Assembly (NCBI GenBank): GCA_019057815.1
Contig: JAHLWR010000036.1
Coordinates: 1-17,933, forward strand
Length of the DNA stretch: 17,933 bases
Direction of reading: 5' to 3'
Source: Candidatus Heimdallarchaeota archaeon
GTDB lineage: Archaea > Asgardarchaeota > Heimdallarchaeia > Heimdallarchaeales > Heimdallarchaeaceae
The translations under genes were made by a program, and so were the position numbers. The stretch's first letter is position 1; every line of letters begins with the position of its first letter. Below the pieces are notes generated by a model, which saw nothing but the letters and a program-made list of their open reading frames with translations, did not search any database and had not been told where the DNA came from. Positions 8,407 through 16,786 of this stretch are shown here, one piece after another.

Positions 8407-10299
8407 ATGGGATTAGAAAAATGGCTTAATGACAGAGATGTCCAAAAAGTAGAAGTATTAAAGAACAAAAAAGTGATTGCAGTAATTGAAGAATTTCTTT
8501 CTCTTTGTAAACCAGATAAAGCTGTAGCTATTGATGATTCTCCAGAAGATATAGATTACGTTAGACAATTATCTATTGATCTAGGAGAGGAAATAAAATT
8601 AGAAAAAGAGGGTCACACAGTTCATTATGACTCTTATTTCGATCAAGCGAGAGATAAAGCAAATACGCGTTTACTTGTCCCTGCAGCTGAAAAAGAAAAG
8701 TTTGGTTCACATATTAACACAAAAGATCGCGATGAGGGGTTGGAAGAAGTGTTAAGGATTATGGACGGTGCCATGAGAGGGAAAATTGCTATCATTCGCT
8801 TTTTCTGCTTAGGTCCTACCAACTCCCGCTTTTCAATTTCAGCTTTACAGATAACGGATTCTGCTTATGTAGCCCATTCTGAAGACTTACTGTACCGTAA
8901 AGGATACGAGCAATTTAAGCGTCTTGAAGGTTCAGAGGATTTCTTCTACCTAATTCATTCAGCTGGTGAACTAACTGACAAGAACGTGACAAAAAATATT
9001 GATGATAGACGAATCTATATCGACCTAGAAGAAGACAGAGTATTAAGTGTGAATAACCAATATGCAGGTAATAGTCTAGGTCTAAAAAAACTTGCTTTGC
9101 GTTTAGCTATTAATAAGGCTGTAAACGAGGATTGGCTTACAGAACACATGTTTATTTCAGCTGTTCATGCATTAGGAAAAGAAAGAAAAACCTATTTCCT
9201 CGGTGCTTTTCCAAGCGCTTGTGGAAAAACTTCAACAGCAATGGTTCCTGGTAATTCAATCGTTGGTGACGATATAGCCTATCTTCGCATAAACGAAAAT
9301 GGAGAGATTAGGGCAGTAAATATCGAAAGTGGTATTTTTGGTATTATCAAGGATGTTAGTCCAGAGGACGATCCTGAAATATATAAATCACTAACTACTC
9401 CCAATGAGACCATTTTTTCAAACATTCAAATTACCGATGGAAGACCTTACTGGCTTGGTATGGGAGATCAAGCTAAAATTCCTGAAACAGGTATCAATTG
9501 GACTTCTTCTCTACTTGGTGAATGGGAAGCAGGAAAGAAGGACGATGATGGCAACGAATTGATGTTTGCTCACCCTAATTCTCGTTACACAATAAGAATC
9601 GAAGAGTTGGATAATTGTGATGAAAAACTTCACAACCCTGATGGTGTAAAAGTTTCAGGGATACTCTATGGTGGAAGAGATAGTGATATTTCCGTTCCCT
9701 TTTATGAAACTTTCAGTTGGAACCATGGTGTAGTACTTGGAGCTTCAGTTGAATCAGAAACGACATCCGCCACTCTAGGAAAGGCAGGAGTTCGAACACA
9801 TCAACCAATGGCTAATTTGGATTTCATTGTAGTCCCACTTGGAAAATACCTCGAAGCACATTTTGATTTTGGCAGAATGGTAAACAAAGAGCATCGTCCC
9901 CTGATTTTTTCAACTAATTACTTCCTCAAAGACGAAAACGGCAAATACTATGATGCTATTTTGGATAAAAAAATCTGGCTCCTTTGGGCTGAAGCAAGAG
10001 TCCATGGTGAATATGATGCAATTAAAACACCGATTGGGTATATACCTAAATACGAGGATTTAGTTAAGTTGTTTAAAGAAGCATTCAATAAAGACTATAA
10101 TAGGGAAAGATACGAAGCTGAATTCTCAATAAGAGTTCAAAAATTACTTGATAAAGTAGATCGAATTGAGACTATTTTCCGTAGTGAGCAAGATGTGCCT
10201 AATGAATTCTTCGAAGAACTCGAAAAACAAAGAAAAAGACTTGTTGAAGCAAAAGAAAAACATGGAACAGATATTATACCTCCATCACGAATGGAGTAA
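8407..10299 (+). CDS. pckG: Phosphoenolpyruvate carboxykinase (GTP)
   Basis: 630 aa with GAFPSACGKTS, VGDDIAY, YAGNSLGLKK, HPNSRY and ILYGGRD motifs. Confidence 0.96.
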   Translation: MGLEKWLNDRDVQKVEVLKNKKVIAVIEEFLSLCKPDKAVAIDDSPEDIDYVRQLSIDLGEEIKLEKEGHTVHYDSYFDQARDKANTRLLVPAAEKEKFGSHINTKDRDEGLEEVLRIMDGAMRGKIAIIRFFCLGPTNSRFSISALQITDSAYVAHSEDLLYRKGYEQFKRLEGSEDFFYLIHSAGELTDKNVTKNIDDRRIYIDLEEDRVLSVNNQYAGNSLGLKKLALRLAINKAVNEDWLTEHMFISAVHALGKERKTYFLGAFPSACGKTSTAMVPGNSIVGDDIAYLRINENGEIRAVNIESGIFGIIKDVSPEDDPEIYKSLTTPNETIFSNIQITDGRPYWLGMGDQAKIPETGINWTSSLLGEWEAGKKDDDGNELMFAHPNSRYTIRIEELDNCDEKLHNPDGVKVSGILYGGRDSDISVPFYETFSWNHGVVLGASVESETTSATLGKAGVRTHQPMANLDFIVVPLGKYLEAHFDFGRMVNKEHRPLIFSTNYFLKDENGKYYDAILDKKIWLLWAEARVHGEYDAIKTPIGYIPKYEDLVKLFKEAFNKDYNRERYEAEFSIRVQKLLDKVDRIETIFRSEQDVPNEFFEELEKQRKRLVEAKEKHGTDIIPPSRME

Positions 10300-10338
10300 A
10301 ATACTTTTTTTACAAGAAGGAAAGAATAGGCGATTTTC

Positions 10339-10485
10339 TTATTTAATGAGCTCATATAGCATACAAGAGCCACATAGCCAAAAGTCCTTCACTTCCTTTA
10401 AGTCAAAATCATCAGGCAGATAATCATGACGTTTTAGCATGGGGCTTCCACAATTGGAGCAGTTCTTGACTTCTTCTTCACTCAT
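10339..10485 (-). CDS. Small zinc-ribbon protein (48 aa)
   Basis: MSEEEVKNCSNCGSPM...WLCGSCMLYELIK has two CxxC pairs. ATG at 10485 is preceded by GGAAAGGA. Confidence 0.7.
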   Translation of the reverse strand: MSEEEVKNCSNCGSPMLKRHDYLPDDFDLKEVKDFWLCGSCMLYELIK

Positions 10486-10659
10486 ACTGAATCCTTTCCA
10501 AATATAAATTAACTTTAACAATTAAATAGTTACAAAAATACATTGAATAGATGACTTTAATATTTTTGCATGAGTTATTTTTCCCACTTCTCCCAAATTG
10601 AAGGAAAGTTGAAGACAATTTTGAGGACTCTTCCCAACCCAAGAACGTTTAAGATAGCA

Positions 10660-10830
10660 TCACATTAAGCGTAGCTAGGTAGTTTCAAGCTCTGGGATTA
10701 CACCTCCAACACACAGTGTTAACGGAGGTGAGGGGGTTCATCTCCTCACCGGGACTCATTACTGGAGACTATGTTATTGAGAACCTTAGGCACTCACTCC
10801 AGCTCCGGGGGTAAGCAGATGACTCTGCTT
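10660..10830 (-). ncRNA. Putative omegaRNA (scaffold plus guide) of TnpB
   Basis: GC-rich hairpins just 3' of tnpB (cacctcc/ggaggtg 10701-10730; ggtgagg/cctcacc 10727-10750). On the minus strand the structured part ends in ...GAGCTTGAAAC at 10682. Boundaries approximate. Confidence 0.6.
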
Positions 10831-12264
10831 CGTCTGTAGCCATTGGCTTAAGACAGGGAAGACACGAAAAGAACTGAGTGGAAAGAACTTTCCACTAACT
10901 TGATCTTTGATGGAGTTATACTTTGGTTGCAGAACGTATTTTATCAGTCTTTTAGCTATATTTTTCGCTCCATTCAAGTCTGCATTAAGGTTATATCCAC
11001 AGGTATGGCAGATGAATGTAGGTTGGTTAGGACGGATAGTGTGATAGGATTCACAACGCGAACAGCAAGAAGAGGTCCACGATTCACCGATTGCTAGTAT
11101 CTTGTGCTCCTCCCATCCTTGTAAAGAGAGCTTGAATTTGAGTAATTCTACCACCCTCCTGTAATTCCATTTTTGGACATTTTTACGGGAACGAGGGTGG
11201 AAATTGCCTCTAAAGTGGTTCTTACGGATATGAATGGGGAAGCCTACCACCACGTAGAGATCATATCTCTTGCCAACAGAGAGAATATACTTTACTAATC
11301 TGTTGACATAGGTGTGGTCAGTTAATTTATGCTCTGTTCTTTTTCTCTTTCTGAGCGATTTAAGTTGTTGTAGAAGACTGTTTTTCTTACTTACACTTAA
11401 GCTAGTTTTAGCAATAATTTTCTGCAGTTTAGCGATTTTTTGTTCTGTTTCCTTTAATAGTTTTTTTCGTGTCTTATCAGACCAGAATCTGATCTCATGA
11501 CGATTGATTGTTCCTTTCGGAGTTAAGAGTGCACTTACTGCACGTTTGTTGATTCCTAAGTCTATCCCCAGCACAGCTGGAGGACGAGAAGAAGAATATT
11601 TCTCTGGAACATTAAGCAAGATGAAATGTATCCACCATTCCTTCTTCTTGGGATAGTAGAGCACTTCAAGCGCCCGTAATTTTACCTGATTTAGTTTATA
11701 TTCATGATAGGGTGAACAAGCTAGAGGTAACCACAATTTCTCGTGTATGTGGGTTTTGTTCTTCGTTGTATCTAAGGAGTCTCTTATACCTACCCACCAT
11801 CGGGCAATGGAATTCGAAGGAGAACAAGTAAGAATAAACCTTTTGGCATGTGATAGCTGTATACGAGGGATTTTTTTTAGTTGAGGATCTTTAGCAGGTG
11901 CTGAATTCTTTGCTTGTTGACTATGATAGATAGCTACAGCGTTATCTCTACATTCTTGCAGTTCGTTCTGGGAGCAGCGTGGGAAGTTCTTTTTCAAATC
12001 ATGTCTAGCTGTATGACGATTGGGTAGTTTATTCTTCTTATATGTGGTAAGAGTAAGATGGTCTAGTTTCGCTTTATTAACCTTCTTTTTACCCTTCTTT
12101 GTTGTTGCTAGTTGCTCTTCATTGTGATATATTGCTTTGAGGTACTGTTTGATTATTCTCGAATCTCTCCCCGTAATCTGTTCCAGTCTCTTTCTTTTCC
12201 GTGTTGTGATTACGTCTGTTTTAACTCTCACTTTTACAGTCGTCCTCACTCCACTTCTCGTCAT
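10786..12264 (-). CDS. tnpB: TnpB family RNA-guided endonuclease with rearranged RuvC-II
   Basis: RuvC-I VLGIDLGIN, zinc finger CSRC..CHTC, RuvC-III NADLNGAKNI. The RuvC-II position reads VVVGFP, with an alternative Glu in IGESWTS. Confidence 0.92.
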   Translation of the reverse strand: MTRSGVRTTVKVRVKTDVITTRKRKRLEQITGRDSRIIKQYLKAIYHNEEQLATTKKGKKKVNKAKLDHLTLTTYKKNKLPNRHTARHDLKKNFPRCSQNELQECRDNAVAIYHSQQAKNSAPAKDPQLKKIPRIQLSHAKRFILTCSPSNSIARWWVGIRDSLDTTKNKTHIHEKLWLPLACSPYHEYKLNQVKLRALEVLYYPKKKEWWIHFILLNVPEKYSSSRPPAVLGIDLGINKRAVSALLTPKGTINRHEIRFWSDKTRKKLLKETEQKIAKLQKIIAKTSLSVSKKNSLLQQLKSLRKRKRTEHKLTDHTYVNRLVKYILSVGKRYDLYVVVGFPIHIRKNHFRGNFHPRSRKNVQKWNYRRVVELLKFKLSLQGWEEHKILAIGESWTSSCCSRCESYHTIRPNQPTFICHTCGYNLNADLNGAKNIAKRLIKYVLQPKYNSIKDQVSGKFFPLSSFRVFPVLSQWLQTKQSHLLTPGAGVSA

Positions 12265-12382
12265 TCTTGAATCATTTTTTCTATTAGATTTCGCTATAAA
12301 AAACTAACTTAAATGTGGGAAAAGTGGTTAAAAATAGCCATGCTCCTTTCAACAGACTTGCACAGTTTTCAGAGTATAAAAC

Positions 12383-12802
12383 CTATTTCTCAACAGGAAT
12401 GTTACCAGATGGAAGTAAATCACTCAATAGATGCTTCATTTTCTCGTCATTATTATTGACAGCAATAATTGTTATATCATGGTCATGAAGTTTGGAAAAC
12501 TCGAGAAGTTTTTGACGGCAAGACCCACAAGGTAAAACAGGAGGAGAACAAGAAGAATAAACAACTACTGTAATAATATCTGTTTCTCCACTATTTACAG
12601 CGGAACCAATGGCATTAAGTTCAGCGTGAAGAGCTAAATAATCCACAAATTCAACGTTGCAACCTGTGTAAATATTACCTTTTTTTGATAGAAGCGCTAC
12701 ACCTACACGGAAATTGCTATAGGGAGCATAAGCATGTTCGTAAGCTTTTTTGGCTGAAATAATTAACTTGGATACTGGAATTTTAAAACCCATTAAAATC
12801 AA
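12383..12802 (-). CDS. cdd: Cytidine deaminase
   Basis: AYAPYSNFRVGVAL, TGCNVE, HAE and PCGSCRQ motifs. The true start may be ATG 12793. Confidence 0.93.
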   Translation of the reverse strand: MILMGFKIPVSKLIISAKKAYEHAYAPYSNFRVGVALLSKKGNIYTGCNVEFVDYLALHAELNAIGSAVNSGETDIITVVVYSSCSPPVLPCGSCRQKLLEFSKLHDHDITIIAVNNNDEKMKHLLSDLLPSGNIPVEK

Positions 12803-13254
12803 ATCTATAATCTCTTTGTTCTGAAATCTAAAAATATTTCTCTTTATTTATGAGTTTTTCAAGAGATTGGTAAACGTTTTGCTCAACATAGTACATCTAA
12901 TTCTATTAAAAAATCACCGATTACTGTTATTGTAGCGATTAGGGGGAATGCATTTTTTATTTGTAAATTTATTGTCTGTAAATACAAAGAAGAAAATAGG
13001 TTTAATGCATTTTGCTGAGATACGAACTGGAGATTTTCTTTTGTATAACACAAACTTTTTGCTACATCAAAGAATGCTAAATTAACGATTTTACACGCTT
13101 AGAAGAACTTCTAGTTTCGTACACTTAATTTAAACACTTCTTTTCTATATTTGTACTATTATTTTAAGTAAACCTTTGCTTTTACACTTTTTCTCTTCTC
13201 TCTTTTCTAGTAATTTCTTTTCTCTTCTTTGATTTTAATCCTTTCTCGTCTTTA

Positions 13255-13268
13255 AAAAGGTTTAAAAG
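13255..13268 (+). promoter_or_regulatory. Putative BRE/TATA promoter of the rpl1 operon
   Basis: aaaagg-TTTAAAAG lies about 25 nt upstream of the leader hairpin. Confidence 0.5.
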
Positions 13269-13292
13269 TTTCCTTGTTTTGCTGACATTAAG

Positions 13293-13344
13293 TTCTGACT
13301 GCGTTGACCGTTGATCATTAAGTGATCTAACGGAAGCGGTAGAG
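13293..13344 (+). promoter_or_regulatory. Structured 5' leader hairpin upstream of rpl1
   Basis: Nested stems ttct/agag, actgc/gcggt, ccgtt/aacgg and gatca/tgatc. The 3' arm overlaps the AGAGGA SD. Confidence 0.65.
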
Positions 13345-13353
13345 GATGATATT

Positions 13354-13995
13354 ATGAACGAACAACAACTTGTTGAAGCTATTAAAAGGATGAAAAGTGA
13401 GTCTCCTTCTCGAAAATTCACTGAGTCTGTCGACTTAGCTATTAATCTTCGTGACGTCAACCTTCAAGACCCATCTAATCGTTTCCAGATTGAGGTTAAG
13501 TTACCTAGCCCTTTAACCAAGGAAATGAAGATTTGTGTTCTTGCAGAGGGTGCTCAGCTAGTTGAAGCACAATCATCTGGTGTATTCAGAGTAATTGATA
13601 AGGAAGAATTGGAAAATATTAGTCGTAACCCAAAGATTGCTAAAAAAATAGCCCAAGAACATGATTTCTTTATCGCCAGTGCCCCCCTGATGCCAACAAT
13701 TGGTAGAAACCTGGGAAAATACCTTGGACCTAGGGGAAAAATGCCTAAACCTGTTCCACCAACTGCATCTATAACTTCGATTATTGATAATGTTAAACAG
13801 ATTGTGCAAGTAAGACTCAGACAAGCTCCTGTTATTCACGTGAAGGTGGGAAACGCAGATATGGATCTTGAACATCTCAGTGAAAATGTTTTAGCGGTAG
13901 TTAGATCTATTGAAAATAAACTAGAGAAGGGCGAATTTAATATTCGTTCTCTGTTCATCAAAACAACGATGGGACCCGCAATTAAAATTAGGTGA
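13354..13995 (+). CDS. rpl1: 50S ribosomal protein L1 (uL1)
   Basis: RKFTESVDLAINL, LGPRGKMPKP and IKTTMGP motifs. Confidence 0.97.
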   Translation: MNEQQLVEAIKRMKSESPSRKFTESVDLAINLRDVNLQDPSNRFQIEVKLPSPLTKEMKICVLAEGAQLVEAQSSGVFRVIDKEELENISRNPKIAKKIAQEHDFFIASAPLMPTIGRNLGKYLGPRGKMPKPVPPTASITSIIDNVKQIVQVRLRQAPVIHVKVGNADMDLEHLSENVLAVVRSIENKLEKGEFNIRSLFIKTTMGPAIKIR

Positions 13996-15023
13996 GTGAC
14001 AATATGACAACAATAAAAGTAAAAATATCCGATAAGAAAAAAGCAATTGTCAACAACCTAACAAAAGAACTGTTGTCCTACCCTATAATTGGACTAGTGA
14101 AAATTGAAAACATAAATGCCAGCGTCGTACAATCCATGCGTTCCGATTTAAGGAAAGATGCGAAAATAATCATGGCTAAAAATAGTTTTATGCGAAAAGC
14201 TATTTCAGCTGTTCAAAAGAAGATTCCAGGAATTGAAAATCTTTTAGGACACATACAGGGCCCATGTGCATTCTTACTTACTAAGACAAACCCTTTCAAA
14301 CTCGCAACATTCATGGATAAGAACAAAATCCCTGCACCCGCGAAAGCAGGACAAGTAGCACCTAATGATGTAGTTATATTACCAATGAACACAGGAATAC
14401 CTCCAGGACCCATTATTTCAGAATTACAGGCGATGGGTTTGAAGACAAGGATTGAAGGTGGTCAAATTAGAATTTCTGAGGAATCAGTTGTAACTAAAGA
14501 AGGTGAACGTGTTAACACCAGTGTTGCTCTTCTCTTGCGACGGTTGAATATATATCCTTTTCAAGCTGGTTTAAAATTCTCCGTTGCTTTTGAAAACGGT
14601 GAAATTATTCTTGGAGATTCACTAGTATTAGATTATGAAGTCTATGAACAAAACCTTCAATGGGCATACAGTTCAGCTTTAAATCTTTCAGTTAATGCTG
14701 GAATTTTAACAAAAGCAAGTCTCCCGTTAATTCTCTCAGCTGTCTATCAGCAAGCTCTAAATCTTTCAGTTAATGCTGGAATACTTACAACTAAATCACT
14801 ACCCCTTATTTTAACGAAAGCTTTGCAAGGAGCACATTCAGTAGCTTCTCTAATCATAAGCAAAGATTCGAGTGCTTTATCGGACAAAGTGCATGAATCT
14901 CTAAAACAAACGCGACAAGTACAACAAAAAGTGGAAGTTAAAGAAAACAAAAAAGAACAACCTGAAGAAAAGAGCGAACCTGAAAAAGAAGAGGATTTGG
15001 GGTTAGGATCATTATTTGGATAG
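13992..15023 (+). CDS. rplP0: 50S ribosomal protein L10/P0 (uL10)
   Basis: MAKNSFM, PAPAKAGQVAPNDV, NTGIPPGPIISELQ and acidic C-tail GLGSLFG. GTG start overlaps the rpl1 stop; ATG 14004 is an alternative. Confidence 0.96.
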   Translation: MSDNMTTIKVKISDKKKAIVNNLTKELLSYPIIGLVKIENINASVVQSMRSDLRKDAKIIMAKNSFMRKAISAVQKKIPGIENLLGHIQGPCAFLLTKTNPFKLATFMDKNKIPAPAKAGQVAPNDVVILPMNTGIPPGPIISELQAMGLKTRIEGGQIRISEESVVTKEGERVNTSVALLLRRLNIYPFQAGLKFSVAFENGEIILGDSLVLDYEVYEQNLQWAYSSALNLSVNAGILTKASLPLILSAVYQQALNLSVNAGILTTKSLPLILTKALQGAHSVASLIISKDSSALSDKVHESLKQTRQVQQKVEVKENKKEQPEEKSEPEKEEDLGLGSLFG

Positions 15024-15032
15024 GTGAAAAAT

Positions 15033-15338
15033 ATGGAATATGTATACGCAGCTTTAGTTCTACACGAACTTGGAGTAAATATCACTGCAACAAAGGTCAA
15101 AGGTATCCTTGAAGCAGCTGGCGCAAAGATAGACGAATCACGCGTTAAAGCACTCGTAGCAGCTTTGAAAGAAGTTAATGTCGAGGAAGCTTTAAAAACA
15201 GCTGTTACTGCAGCTGCACCAGTAGCAGTCGCACCAGTAGCAGTCGCAAGTGAAAAATCTGCTCCAAAAGAAAAGAAAAAAGAAGAACCTGAAGAGGAAG
15301 AAAATACAGATCTTGGGCTTGGAGCTCTATTTGGATAA
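15033..15338 (+). CDS. rpl12: 50S ribosomal stalk protein P1/L12
   Basis: MEYVYAALVLH N-terminus, Ala/Pro hinge, EEEE..GLGALFG tail. AGGTGA SD supports ATG 15033. Confidence 0.96.
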   Translation: MEYVYAALVLHELGVNITATKVKGILEAAGAKIDESRVKALVAALKEVNVEEALKTAVTAAAPVAVAPVAVASEKSAPKEKKKEEPEEEENTDLGLGALFG

Positions 15339-15402
15339 TTCTTTTAATTCTTTTTCTTTTTCATTTTTATTTTTTTTATTTTTTATTTTTTGATTTTATT
15401 TT
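15339..15402 (+). terminator. Long oligo-T archaeal terminator region
   Basis: Multiple T4-T7 tracts after rpl12, between convergent operons. Confidence 0.6.
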
Positions 15403-15413
15403 AAAGAAAACGG

Positions 15414-16325
15414 TTATTTTTTAGATAAAATTTGATCGATTATTTTCTCTGGATAGAAAGGTTGAATGTCTTTATATTTTTGACCCGTTCCGATAAAAAG
15501 AATTGGTTTTTTTGTAATATTTGTAATCGAAACAGCAGCTCCTCCACTAACATCTGCGTCCATTTTATTCAGAACTGAAGCATCAATGCCAATCTTTTCA
15601 TGAAAAAGTGTTGCTTGTGAGACAAGCGAATTACCTGTTAAAGCGTCACCAACAAAAACGATTAAATCTGGCTCAGCAACTCGTTTTAGTTTTTCTAACT
15701 CCGCCATAAGATTAACATTTGTTTCAATTCTACCAGCTGTATCTATTAAGACAACATCAATTTTTTTTGATTCAGCGTGATTAATGGCATCAAAAGCAAC
15801 AGCTGCTGCATCAGCGCCATATTCTTGAGCTATAACACGGATACCCAATTTATCTCCATGTTCTTGAAGTTGTTGGATACTACCTGCACGAAAAGTGTCA
15901 CTAGCAGCAAAAACAGAAGAATAATTATGATCTTGTAAATACTTACCAATCTTCCCTATTGTTAAGGTCTTTCCCACACCATTTATACCAATAAACATTA
16001 TGACTAACGGTTTGTTTTGTGATTTTTTCTCTTTTACTAATCTTAAAATGTCAATATTCTCTGGAGGTGCCATTATTTCAAACAAAACGTCCCTGAGATT
16101 CGAAATGATTAGTGGTTTAGGGCTAGAAAATCTTGTGTGTTCTTTGTGTATAAGTTTATCTTCTAATTTCTTACATATAGCTTTAGCCGTCTTGACAGCT
16201 ACGTCATTTTGGATGAGTATGTCATTAAGTTCAATGGCTAGTTTTCGAAAAGACTTTGGTGATAATTCTTTGATTGTAATTTTCTTAAAGAAATTTGAAA
16301 GACCTTTATTAAGTTGGTTAAACAA
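15414..16325 (-). CDS. ftsY: Signal recognition particle receptor FtsY (NG domain only)
   Basis: GINGVGKT, DTFRAG, DTAGR, GGAAVS and FIGTGQ motifs. TTG start with GGAGAGGTG SD. Confidence 0.95.
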   Translation of the reverse strand: MFNQLNKGLSNFFKKITIKELSPKSFRKLAIELNDILIQNDVAVKTAKAICKKLEDKLIHKEHTRFSSPKPLIISNLRDVLFEIMAPPENIDILRLVKEKKSQNKPLVIMFIGINGVGKTLTIGKIGKYLQDHNYSSVFAASDTFRAGSIQQLQEHGDKLGIRVIAQEYGADAAAVAFDAINHAESKKIDVVLIDTAGRIETNVNLMAELEKLKRVAEPDLIVFVGDALTGNSLVSQATLFHEKIGIDASVLNKMDADVSGGAAVSITNITKKPILFIGTGQKYKDIQPFYPEKIIDQILSKK

Positions 16326-16351
16326 AAGAAAAACACCTCTCCTATGTTTTT

Positions 16352-16786
16352 TTAAACTGATTTGAGGAGCATATCTATCCCGCTCAAACGTTCTACAACT
16401 TCATTATAACTAGATTTTATCTGTGAAAGTTGATTGTCAATTTCTGATTTTTTCTTTTGAACTCCTTTAATAGCTTCAGGAAGATTTTTTTCTGTATGAA
16501 CACGAGCACCAATTGATACAATAACCTTTTCTGCTGCTTGAATTGAAGCATAGATAAAACAACCAGCACCAATGGGAACTAATAGGTTATGTTTATCTTT
16601 ACAGTCAGAAAGCTCGACTAGGGTTTGTTCTGCACTTTGTATTTCTGTATAATAGCTGTTAAGTATATCAATTTGCTTTTGATATTGTTGTGCTTGTTGT
16701 TCGAGTTGTTGAGCTGTATAGATAAGATTATTTATTTCTTCTTTAGAAATTTTTTGAGGTTGTGGTGTTTCGGCCAATTTACTCAC
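16352..16786 (-). CDS. pfdA: Prefoldin subunit alpha
   Basis: Coiled coils flanking LLVPIGAGCFI and VIVSIGA beta-hairpins. Conserved synteny with ftsY and L18a. Confidence 0.93.
   Translation of the reverse strand: MSKLAETPQPQKISKEEINNLIYTAQQLEQQAQQYQKQIDILNSYYTEIQSAEQTLVELSDCKDKHNLLVPIGAGCFIYASIQAAEKVIVSIGARVHTEKNLPEAIKGVQKKKSEIDNQLSQIKSSYNEVVERLSGIDMLLKSV

Larger units (their letters stand above)
10568..12343 (-). mobile_element. Non-autonomous TnpB-carrying element bounded by imperfect inverted repeats
   Basis: Contains tnpB only, with no transposase. 10568-10603 and 12308-12343 are imperfect inverted repeats (30 of 37 columns in my manual alignment). Confidence 0.6.

Noticed and set aside
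10786-12264. Calling TnpB catalytically dead, or a Cas12f effector
   Set aside because: The missing RuvC-II Glu is plausibly replaced by the ESWTS Glu, and no repeat-spacer array is visible nearby.
13502-13509. TACCTAGC match in rpl1 to the first 8 nt of the putative TnpB guide
   Set aside because: Only 8 nt with no extension, which is expected by chance.
15217-15249. 15-bp duplication gcaccagtagcagtc in rpl12
   Set aside because: Ordinary low-complexity Ala/Pro hinge variation of P1 stalk proteins.
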